Positions 47,408 to 64,000 of a stretch of DNA of 64,000 bases are shown in pieces; the stretch's first letter is position 1; the number at the start of each line of letters is the position of its first letter. The DNA lies in the NCBI GenBank assembly GCA_009914755.4, contig CP086569.2, forward strand, positions 19,968,001-20,032,000, in the 5' to 3' direction. The notes beneath the pieces were generated by a model, which was not told where the DNA came from, ran no database searches, and worked only from the letters and a program-made list of their open reading frames with translations. Source of the DNA: the human T2T-CHM13v2.0 reference genome, Homo sapiens. The translations under genes were made by a program, and so were the position numbers.

Positions 47408-53564
<6,157 letters not shown>

Positions 53565-55637
53565 CATGCCCCATTTTCTTAATGCAGTCTATCATTGATA
53601 GACATTTGGGTTGGTTCCAAGTCTATGTGATTGTGACTAGTGCCTCAATAAATATACGTGTGCATGTGTCTTTATAGCAGCACGATTTATAATCCTTTGG
53701 GTATATAACCAGTAATGGGATGGCTGAGTCAAATGGTATTTCCAGTTCTAGATCCCTGAGGAATCACCTCAGTGACTTCCACAAGGGCTGAACTAGTTTA
53801 CAGTCCCACCAACAGTGTAAAGGTGTTCCTATTTCTCCACACCCTCTCCAGAACCTGCTGTTTCCTGACTTTTTAATGATCGCCATTCTCACTGGTGTGA
53901 TATGGAATCTCATTGTGGTTTTGATTTGTATTTCTCTGATGGCCAGTGATGATGAACATTTATTCATGTGTCTGTTGGCTGCATAAATGTCTTCTTTTGA
54001 GAAATGTCTGTTCATGTCTTTCGGGAAGTTTTGATGGGTTTGTTAGTTTTTTTCTTGTAAATTTGTTTGAGTTCTTTGAAGACTCTGGATATTAGCCCTT
54101 TGTCAGATGAGTAAATTGCAAAACTTTTTTCCCATCCTATAGGTTGCCTCTTCACTCTGATGGTAGTTTCTTTTGCTGTGCAAAAGCTCTTTAGTTTAGT
54201 TAGATCTCATTTGTCAATTTTTGCTTTTGTTGCCATTGCTTTTGGTGTTTTAGACATGAAGATCTTGCTCTTTCCTATGTCCTGAGTGGGATTGCCTAGG
54301 TGTTCTTCTAGGGTTTTTATGGTTTTAGGTTTAACGTTTAAGTCTTTAATCCATCTTGAATTAATTTTTATAAGGTGTAAAGAAAGGATCCAGTTTCAGC
54401 TTTCTACATATGGCTAGCCAGTTTTCCCATCACCATTTATTAAATAGGGAATCATTTCCCCATTTCTTGTTTTTGTCAGGTTTGTCAAAGATCAGATGGT
54501 TATAGATGTGTGTTATTATGTCTGAGGACTCTATTATGTTCCATTTGTCTATATCTCTGTTTTGGTACCAGTACCATGCTGTTTTGGTTACTGTAGCTTT
54601 GTAGTATAGTTTGAAGTCAGGTAGTGAGATGCCTCCAGCTTTGTTCTTTTCAATTAGGATTGACTTGGCATTGTGGGCTGTTTTTTTGGTTCCATATGAA
54701 CTTTAAAGTAGTTTTTCCCAATTCTGTGAAGAAAGTCATTGGTAGCTTGATGAAGATGACATTAACTCTATAAATTACTTTGGGCAGTGTGGTTATTTTC
54801 ACTATATTTGCTCTTCCTATCCATGAGCATGGAACGTTCTTCCATTGCTTGTATCATCTTTTATTTCATTGAGCAGTGGTTTGTAGTTCTCCTTGGAGAG
54901 GTCCTTCACATCCCTTGTAAGTTGAATTCCTAGGTATTTTATTCTCTTTGAAGCAATTGTGAATGGGAGTTCATTAATTATTTGGCTCTCTGTTTGTCTG
55001 TTATTGGTGTATAAGAATGCTTGTGATTTTTGCACACTGATTTTGTAACCTGAGACTTTGTTGAAGTTGCCTATCAGCTTAAGGAGATTTTGGGCTGAGA
55101 TGATGTGGTTTTCTAGATATACAATCATGTCATCTGCAAACAGGGACAACTTGACTTCCACTTTTCCTAATTGAATACCCTTTATTTCTTTCTCCTGCCT
55201 GATTGCCTTGCCCAGAACTTCCAACACTATGGTGAATAAGAGTGGTGAAAGTGGGCATCCTTGTCTTGTGCCATTTTTAAAAGGGAATGCTCCAGTTTTT
55301 GCCTGTGTATGGTATTGGCTGTGAGTTTGTTATAAATATCTCTTATTATTTTGGGATACAGCCTATCAATACCTAATTTATTGAGAGTTTTTAGCATGAA
55401 GTCATGTTAAATTTTGTCAAAGGCCTTTTCTGCATCTATTGAGATAATCATGTGGTTTTTGTCTTTGGTTCTGTTTATATGCTGGATTACATTTATTGAT
55501 TTGTGTGTGTTGAGCCAGCCTTGCATCCTAATGTTGAAGCCCACTTAATGATGTTGGATAAGCTTTATGATATGTTGCTGGATTCAGTTTGAAAAAGTTT
55601 TATTGAGGATTGTTACATTGATGTTCATCATGGATCA

Positions 55638-55796
<159 letters not shown>

Positions 55797-58700
55797 TCAG
55801 ATTTGAATGCCTCTGGTACTGCACTTTTTTTTGGTTTGTAAGCTATTAATTATTTCCTCAATTTCAGAGTCTGCTATTGATCTATTCCTAGACTCAACTT
55901 CTTCCTGGTTTAGTCTTGGGAGGGTGTATGTGTCCAGGAATTTATCCATTTCTTATAGATTTTCTAGTTTATTTCTGAAGAGGTGTTTTTAGTATTCTCT
56001 GATGGTAGTTTCTTTTTCTGTGGGATAGGAGGTGATATCCCCTTTGTTATTTTGTATGGTATCTGTTTGATTCTTCTCTCTTTCCTTCTTTATTAGTCTT
56101 GCTAGTGGTCTATCAATTTTGTTGATCTTTTCAGAAAACCAGCTCCTGGATTCATTGATTTTTTGAAGGATTTTTTGTGTCTCTATCTCCTTCAGTTCTC
56201 CTCTGATGTTAGTTATTTCTTTCTTTCCGCTAGCTTTTGAATGTGTTTACTCTTGCTTCTCTAGTTCTTTTGATTGAGATCTTAGGGTTTCAATTTTAGA
56301 TCTTTCCTGCTTTCTCTTGTAGGCTTTTAGTGCTATAAATTTCCCTCTACACACTGCTTTAAATGTGTACCAGACATTCTGGTGTGTTGTGCCTTTGTTC
56401 TCACTGATTTCAAATAACATCTTTATTTCTGCCTTCAATTCATTATGTACCCAGCAGTCATTCAGAAGCAAGTTGTTCAGTTTCCATGTAGTTCAGCGGG
56501 TTTGAGTGAGATTCTTAATGCTGAGTTCTATTTTGATTGAACTACAGTCTGAGAGACAGTTTGTTGTGATTTCTGTTCTTTTACATTTGCTGAGGAGTTC
56601 TTTACTTCCAACTCTGTGGTCAATTTTGGAATAAGTGCGATGTGGTGCTGAGAAGAATGTATAATCTGTTGATTTGGGTTGGAGAGTCCTGTAGATGTCT
56701 ATTCGGTCTGCTTGGTGCAGAACTGAGTTCAATTCCTGGATATCGTTTTTAGCTTTCTGTCTTGTTGATCTGTCTAATGTTGACTGTGAGGTGTTAAAGT
56801 CTCTCATTATTATTGTGTGGATGTCTAAGTCTCCGTGTTGGTCTCTAAAGACTTCCTTTTTGAATCTGGGTGCTCCTGTATTGGGTGCATATATATTTAG
56901 GATAGTTCCTCTTCTTGTTGAATTGATCCCTTTACCATTATGTATTGACCTTCTTTGTCTCTTTTGATCTTTATTAATTTAAAATTTGTTTTATCAGAGA
57001 CTAGGATTGCAACCCCTGCCTTTTATGTTTTCCATTTTGTAAAGTATTTTATTTATCTATCAGTTATGAAGCTTAGTTTGGCTGGATATGAAATTCTGGG
57101 TTGAGAATTCTTTTCTGTAAGAATGTTAATATTGGTCCCCACTCTCTTCTGGCTTGTAGAGTTTCTGCGGAGACATCTGTTAGTGTGATTGGCTTCCCTT
57201 TGTGAGTAACATGACCTTTCTCTCTGGCTGCCTTTAACAATTTTTCCTGCATTTCAACTTTGGTGAATCTGACAATTATGTGTCTTGGAGTTGCTCTTCT
57301 CAAGGAGTATCTTTGTGGTGTTCTGTGTATTTCCTGTATTTGAATGTTGGCCTGCATTGCTAGGTTGGGGAAGTTCTCCTGAATAATATCCTGAAGAGTG
57401 TTTTCCAACTTGGTTCCTTTCTCCCCATCACTTTCATGTACACCAATCAGACATAGATTTGATCTTTTCACATAGTCCCATATTTCTTGGAGGCTTGGTT
57501 CATTTATTTTTACTCTTTTTTCTCTAACTTCTCTTCTCACTTCATTTCATTCATTTGATCTTCACTCACTGATACACTTTCTTCCAGTTGATCAAATCAG
57601 CTACTGAAGCTTGTGCATTCCTCAGGTAGTTCTCATACCATGGTTTTCAGCTCCATCAGGTCATTTAAAGACTTCTCTACAGTGGTTATTATAGTTAGGC
57701 ATTCATCTCATCGTTTTTCAAGGTTTTTAGCTTCTTTGCTATCGGTTCAGACTTCCTCCTTTAGCTCAGAGAAGTTTGATCGTCTGAAGCCTTCTTCTCT
57801 CAACTCATCAAAGTCATTCTCCATCCAGCTTCATTCTGCCTCTGGTGAGGAGCTGTGTTCCTTTGGAGGGGAAGAGGCACTCAGATTTTTAGAATTTTCA
57901 GTTTTTCTGTTCCTTTTTTCCCCATCTTGGTGGTTTTATCTACATTTGGTCTTTGATGATGGTAACGTACAGATGGGGTTTTGGTGTGGATGTGCTTTCT
58001 GTTTGTTAATTTTCCTTCTAGCAGTCAGGACCCTCTGCTGAAGGTCTGTTGGAGTTTGCTGGAGGTCCACTCCAGACCCTGTTTCCCGAGGTATGAACAG
58101 CAGAGGCTGCAGAGTAGTGAATGTTGCTGAAGAGCAAATGTTGCTGCCTAATCATTCCTCTGGAAGTTTCATCTCAGAGGGGTACCTGGCCGTGTGAAAT
58201 GTCAGTCTGCCCTATTTTGGTGCTGTCTCCCAGTTAGGCTACTCAGGGGTCAGGGACTCACTTGAGGCAGTCTGTCCATTCTCAGATCTCAAATTCCATG
58301 CTGGGAGAACCACTACTCTCTTCAAAACTGTCAGAAAGGGACATTTAAGTCTGCAAAGATTTCTGCTGCCTTTTGTTTAGCTATGCCTTGCCCTCAGAAG
58401 TGGAGTCTACAGATGCAGCCAGGCCTCCTTGAGCTGCAGTGGGCTCCACTCAGTTTGAGCTTCCCAGCTGCTTTGTTTACCTACTCAAGCCTCAGCAATG
58501 GTGGTCACACCTCTCCCAGACTCATTGCCATCTTGTAGTTTGGTTTCAAATACTCTGCTAGCTATGATTGAGTTTCTGTGGGTATGAGACCCTCTGTGCC
58601 AGGAGTGGGTTATAATCTCCTAGTGTGCCATTTGCTAAGACCATTAGAAATGTGCAGTATTAGGGTGGTAGTGACCCAATTTTCCAGGTGCCATCTGTCA

Positions 58701-59409
58701 CAGCTTCGCTTGGCTAGGAAAGGGAATTCCTTGACCTCTTGCACTTCCTGGGTGAGGCAATGCCTTGCCATGCTTTGGCTGATACTTGATGTGCTGCACC
58801 CACTGTTCTGCACCCACTGTCCAACAAGCCCCAGTGAGATGAACTTGGTACTTCAGTTGGAAATGCAGAAATCACATGTCTTCTGCATCAATAATGCTGG
58901 GAGCTGTAGACTGGAGTTTTTCCTATTTGGCCATCATCAGGAATGGTTTTTACAAGTGGGATTAGCCTCAGAGATGGGAGATGGAAGGAAATTAATCTTA
59001 CAGGCATTAGAACCCAGGAGGCAAGGGTCAGGATTGATAGGATAGATAAGCAAGTCTCACTTGGTTAACATGATTTTAAGAGTTCTCCTCATGTCTGCAG
59101 GGTCAACCAACTTATTCTCTGGACCCTGCAGCTGAATGGCTTTCCTATCTGACAACCCTCAGTTCAGCTCAGGAGTACAGAAAAATTGGAAGCTGGTTTC
59201 AGGCAAACCAATGCTCCCAACTCTGAAGAATAGGGGGTTCTTAGAGAGATCTTTCCCAGAAAGCCTTACACCCATGTCTTTAGTCCGGTTGCCATGCTAG
59301 TCACTTTTAATTGGCTGACAGGTGCCTGGCATTTAGCTCACAAATTCTAAGGAAAAATAGGACACAATAGTAAGTAAAAGGGGTCTGATGGTACTCACCA
59401 TATGGGGCT

Positions 59410-59427
59410 ATCCCTGGTGAGCCCCCA
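59410..59427 (-). other. Primer-binding site of the ERV9-like provirus, closest to the tRNA-Pro PBS (15/18); a splice donor 'tgGTGAGT' follows
   Basis: Reverse complement reads '...ctcagaacaca tc tTGGGGGCTCACCAGGGAT agcccca tatggtgagtacc'. Compare the canonical Pro PBS TGGGGGCTCGTCCGGGAT. Confidence 0.55.
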
Positions 59428-59430
59428 AGA

Positions 59431-60174
59431 TGTGTTCTGAGTTTTTTTTATTTCTGGTGTGTTTGTGTCCTCACTGACTTCAAGAATGGAACCATGGACC
59501 TTTGCAGCGATTGTTACAGCTCTTAAAGATGGCACAAATGCAGTTGGGCATGGTGGCTCATGCCTGTAATCCCAGCACTTTGGGAGGCTGTGGTAGGTGG
59601 ATCACAATATCAGGAGATCAAGACCATCCTGGTTAACATGGTGAAATCCTGTCTCTATTAAAAATACAAAAAATTAGCCAGGCATGGTGGTGGGCACCTG
59701 TAATCCCAGCTTCTCAGGAGGCTGAGGAAGGAGAATGGCGTCAACCCAGGAGGCAGAGCTTGCAGTGAGCCAAGATAACACCACTGCACACCATCCAGCC
59801 TGGGTGACAGAACGAGACTCCATTAAAAAAAATTACACAAACACAAAGAAGGAGCATCAGGAAGATTTATTGTGAATAGAAAAAGAACAAAGCTTCCATA
59901 GCATGGAAAGGAAGCAAAGTGGATTGCCACTGCTGGCTGGGGTGGCTAGATTTTATTCCCTTATTTGTCCCTGCCCATGTCCTGCTGATTGGTCCATTTT
60001 ACAGAGCACTGACTGGTGAATTTTACAAACCTCTAGCTAGCTACAGAGTACTGACTGGTGTGTTTTACAATCCTAGCTGCAGACTTCTGATTGGGGCATT
60101 TTACAATCCTCTTTTAAGACAAAAATTCTCCAAGTCCCAACCCAACCCAGAAGTCCAACTGGCTCCACTGCTCA
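59431..60174 (-). promoter_or_regulatory. 5' LTR (LTR12-like) of the ERV9-like provirus, carrying an Alu insertion at 59545-59830 (+ strand)
   Basis: Same structure as 38848-39330 ('gacttcaagaatgga..', 'gaacaaagcttccatagcatgg', 'cctgctgattggtccattttacagagcactgactggtg..', 'ttctccaagtcccaacccaacccagaagtcca'). The Alu is 'ttgggcatggtggctcatgcctgtaatcccagcactttgggaggctg ... gagactccattaaaaaaaa'. Confidence 0.7.
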
Positions 60175-60440
60175 CTATTTCTCTTATTTTTTCTTCTATA
60201 TCTCCTCCTGCTCCTCCTCCTTCTTCTCTGTTTCCTTCTCCTCCTCTTTCTCCTATTCTTCCTTGTCTTTCTCCTCCTCCTCTTTGTTTCCTCCTCCTTC
60301 TTTGTTTCCTCCTCTTTCATCTCCTTTTCCCTCCTCGTCTGCCTCCTCTCCTCCTTCTTCTTTCTCTCTGCCTTTCTCTTACTTCCTTTGTTCTTTTTTC
60401 CTTCCCACCTTCCTTCCCTTCCTTGTTTCTTTCTTCCTTC
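60175..60440. repeat. CT-rich polypyrimidine low-complexity tract flanking the right (5') end of the ERV9-like provirus
   Basis: 'tctcctcctgctcctcctccttcttctctgtttccttctcctcctctttctcc...'. Confidence 0.8.
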
Positions 60441-60704
60441 TTTAAGCACCCCATGCAACAAATCCCACACAGTCATTTGCAAATATGTGTGTCATTGGAA
60501 TATGATTAAAGACATATTAAAAACAGTACCAATCAGCCAAAAAAAATAGTGGGTCTGATATAGGTCAGATATCATTATGAAACCACCTGTAGCTCTATTC
60601 CGGAATGGGATGGATGTTGAAGGCTGACACACATCCAACATAAAACACAGTCTCAACCACATGACCAGCAATTCCACTCTTGAGTAGGTACAGAGAAGAA
60701 TTTG

Positions 60705-61150
60705 TGTCAGGCATGGTGGCTTCTCCCTGTAATCCTAGCATTTTGAGAGCCCGAGATGGGAGGGTCACTTGAGGCAAGGAATTCAAGACCAGCCTAATCA
60801 ACATACTGAGACCCCCATCACTAAGTTAAAAAAAAAAAAAGAATTCAGAGTCCAACAGATATGTACACACTCATATTCATAGCAGTACCATGGGTTAAGC
60901 AGTGTGGTAAATGCCTGTAATCCCAGCAGTTTGGGAGGCCAAGGTGGGTATATCACTTAAGTCTAGGTGATCTGAATAAAAAACACAAAAATTAGCTGGG
61001 GGTGTTTCACAGCTGTAGTCACAGCTACTTGGAAGGCTGAGGAGGGAGAATCATTTGAATCTAGGAAGCTGAGGTTGTAATGAACCAAGCTTTTGCCACT
61101 ACACTTCAGCCTGGGCAACAGATGAAGACCTTGTTGCTAAATAAATAAAT
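60705..61150 (+). repeat. Alu left-monomer fragment (60705-60840) and an old full Alu (60895-61150)
   Basis: 'gtcaggcatggtggcttctccctgtaatcctagcattttgagagcc...' and 'gcagtgtggtaaatgcctgtaatcccagcagtttgggaggccaaggtgggta ... cacttcagcctgggcaacagatgaag'. Confidence 0.75.
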
Positions 61151-61179
61151 GCATAGCCAAACATAGCAAGATGCAGAAG

Positions 61180-61500
61180 AGGCAGAAAGTAGAAACAACT
61201 TAAATATTCATCAGAGCATGAAAGCATTTACATAAATGGAGTTCACACATGCAACAGATTATTACTGGAAAATGAAAAGAAATGGAGCTCTCATTCATGC
61301 TGTCATATGAATGAACATTGAAAACATGATGTTAAATTTCAAAAGACAGACACAAATGTTTCATGTTGTATGATTCTATTTATATGAAATGTCTAGAATA
61401 GGCAAAGAGAGAGATGGCAGACTGCTATTTGCTGGAAGCTTCAGGTAGGGAGAGGATTGTTGGACAAGGGGCTGATAATCATTGGATGTAGTATATTTGT
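61180..61500 (+). repeat. Ancient L1 (L1M-type) 3'-end fragment
   Basis: 'caaaagacagacacaaatgtttcatgttgtatgattctatttatatgaaatgtctagaataggcaaag.gagagatgg' matches the L1M 3'UTR consensus '..gccacatattgtatgattccatttatatgaaatgtccagaataggcaaatccatagagacagaaag'. Confidence 0.55.
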
Positions 61501-61519
61501 GAGTTATAAAAGTGTTTTA

Positions 61520-61830
61520 CTGGGCATGGTGGCCCACATCTGCAATACCAGCACTTTGGAAGGGCAAGTCAGGTAGATCACATAAGGCCAGGAGTTCAAG
61601 ACCAGACTTGCCAACATGGTAAAGCCCTGTCTCAACTAAAAATACAAAAATTAGCCAGACATGGTCGTAGGTAACTGTAATCTCAGCTAGCTGGGAAGCT
61701 GAAGCATGAGAATCATTTGAACCTGGGAGGAGGTGGAGGTTGCAATAAGCAGAGTTCTAGCCACTGCTGTCCAGCCTGGGCAACAGAGTGAGGCTGTGTC
61801 TCAAAAAAAATAAATAAATAAATAAAAGTG
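61520..61830 (+). mobile_element. Full-length Alu
   Basis: 'ctgggcatggtggcccacatctgcaataccagcactttgga ... ctgtgtctcaaaaaaaataaataaataaataaaag'. Confidence 0.85.
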
Positions 61831-61939
61831 TTTGAGCATTGATTGGCATAATCATTGCACAACCTTGTTGTTCACACAACACTAACTTACGGTTGTGAAT
61901 GCACTAAATGCCATCAAACTCCACACTTTATTTTATTTT

Positions 61940-62400
61940 ATTATTTATTATTATTGTTATTGTACTTTAAGTTCTGGAGTACAAGTGCAGAAAATGCAGG
62001 TTTGTTACATATGCATACGTGTGGCATGGTGGTTTACTGAATCCATCAATCCATTGTCTACATTAGGTATTTCTCCTAATGCTATCCCTCTCCTAGCCTG
62101 AAAACTCCTGACAGGCCCTGGTGTGTGATATTCTGCTCCCTGTGCCTATGTGTTCTCTTTATTGAACTCCCACTTATGAGTGTGAACATGCGCTGTTTTG
62201 TTTTCTGTTCCTGCGTTAGTTTGCTGAGAGTGATGATTTCCAGTTTCATCCATGTCCCTGCAAAGGATATGAACTCGTCCTTTTTATATGGCTGCATAGT
62301 ATTCCTTATTGTATATGTGCCATGTTTTCTTTATCCAGTCTATCATTAATGGGCATTTGGGTTGGTTCCAAGTTTTTGCTATTGAGAAGAGCAAATTGTA
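61940..62400 (-). mobile_element. L1 3'-end fragment (L1PA/PB-like), reverse orientation
   Basis: 'tactttaagttctggagtacaagtgcagaaaatgcaggtttgttacatatgcatacgtgtggcatggtgg...ctcccacttatgagtgtgaacatgcgctgttttgttttctgttcctgcgttagtttgctgagagtgatgatttccagtttcatccatgtccctgcaaaggatatgaac...tatccagtctatcattaatgggcatttgggttggttccaag'. Confidence 0.85.
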
Positions 62401-63554
62401 CACTTTAAATGGCTAAAGTGGTAAACTGTATGTTAGGTGTATCTTGCAACAATTAAAATAGAAAACTATAACTTCACAGTCTCAGCGATGTGACACCCAT
62501 CCTCCCATGGCTAGTGGCTGATGTTCTGCCAGAGCCTGAGGCTGGAAAGAAATTCCAAAATCGGCAATGGTTTTTGAGAGGTTTCATCAACAGGTTACTA
62601 TGGACACCCTTTATTAACTGTGCCTTTTGTTGGAGTGCTTTGTGGTATCCAGGTCAAACCCTGAAGGAAATGAAATCCCCTCTGCTGCTCCTGTCTTTGG
62701 GATTATGTTTCTCCCAGTTCTCAGCAGTGGCTGCATCTCATACACCCTTTGAGCTCCTCTGAGTCTGAGTCTCTAGGGAGTTGTCAGGGATATCCTCATC
62801 TTATCCCAAGCAGCAGCTGGGTGGTAGGAGCCCACCTGTGCACACCCACCCAGCAGGTACCCTTCCTTCTCTGGGAGCAGCTCGCCTTCCTGGGAGCCCC
62901 ATTCCTCAGCCATGCAGAAAGCTGTGGATAAAGGGCACCTTGGAAGCACTGAAGTATTGGTGTCATTAACAGCAAAGCCATGAAACTCTACAGCAATCTT
63001 AATTCCTACCTTCTCAGGAGAAAGAATTTGACTGAGAGGCATAAGGCAGAAGGAGAGATGGAGGCAAGTTAGTGAGAATGAGTGGAAGATTTTTAGAAAA
63101 CTTTAGAACATGATAGCAAAAAAGGAAAGGACCCTTGGAAGAAAGACTAGTGGGCAACTTCAGAGTCAAGTGCATGGTTTTACTATTACACTTGGGTTTT
63201 TATGCATTGACTTTTAGACTGCAATCTTGCATTCCTTCTCCCCTGATTCTTCCCTTGGAGTGGGCTATTCACAAGTGCAGGGGAATGCCAGCACTCAGGA
63301 GGAGAGCACGCACAGTGTGTTTAGTGGCTTTGTGCACGTGCTCACTTGAGGCATTCTTCCTTTACCAGTTGAGTGTCCCTAGAAGAAGGTCACATAGCAG
63401 TTACACTCTCCCATTTGTCTCTTAGTAGGCATGCTTGATTCCATTTATCCAACTCCTGAGATCTTATTGGGAAGTTGCTGATCACATTTCAGGTGTTTTC
63501 TGTGTATCAGGAGACTGTGTTTCCCTGGTGCCACGACCAATTATTATTTATTTA

Positions 63555-63835
<281 letters not shown>

Positions 63836-64000
63836 ATTATTATTTTAAAGGGATAGTTTATCAATCACCTGACCATCACCTGATGGTCTTTTCACATTTC
63901 TGGTATGTGAGGGAAAAGAAAGGAGGTAGGGGGAACCCCTCTCCTGCCCATTCATGGCTGAATACCTACCTACTCTAACAATAGGAGGCACAACAAGACC

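Noticed and set aside
59919-60509. 196-aa plus ORF and 122-aa minus ORF (60114-60482)
   Set aside because: They span the LTR12 CCAAT repeats and then the CT-rich low-complexity tract. The 'PPLLLLLSLCLS' and 'RRRRKQRRRRR' type translations are simple-sequence artefacts.

Overview
This window is primate, almost certainly human, nuclear DNA. It is AT-rich intergenic or intronic sequence packed with Alu, L1, MaLR and ERV class I repeats. No prokaryotic-style gene system is present, and I found no convincing cellular protein-coding exon. The nominated ORFs are explained by repeats, low-complexity DNA or a GC-rich CpG island.

Three things dominate the window:

1. A ~2 kb CpG island at about 14460-16620, split by a young AluY. 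It has four inverted CCAAT boxes, GC boxes, a perfect 26-bp tandem duplication and a C-rich minisatellite. It is probably a TATA-less, possibly bidirectional, promoter of a gene I cannot name.

2. A ~7.6 kb HERV-W-type provirus on the + strand (18437-25999) with both LTR17-like LTRs, a PBS and a PPT. Its gag, pro and pol are decayed. The last ~90 codons of env match the syncytin-type cytoplasmic tail from memory. An internal deletion fuses the integrase zinc-finger region to that env tail. An Alu sits inside the RT YXDD region. The provirus itself landed in an older Alu.

3. A ~21 kb ERV9-like provirus on the - strand (38848-60174) with LTR12-like LTRs. It carries a tRNA-Pro-like PBS and a decayed env TM that still shows an immunosuppressive-domain-like motif. 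Its leader was broken first by an L1, and that L1 was then hit by a second, nearly full-length 6.1 kb L1. The second L1 carries a candidate 165-bp 3' transduction and a 15-bp target-site duplication.

About 35 Alu copies, several L1 3' ends, MaLR LTRs (MLT1 and THE1/MST) and various micro- and minisatellites fill the rest. All family names come from recalled consensus sequences. They should be confirmed with RepeatMasker or Dfam.
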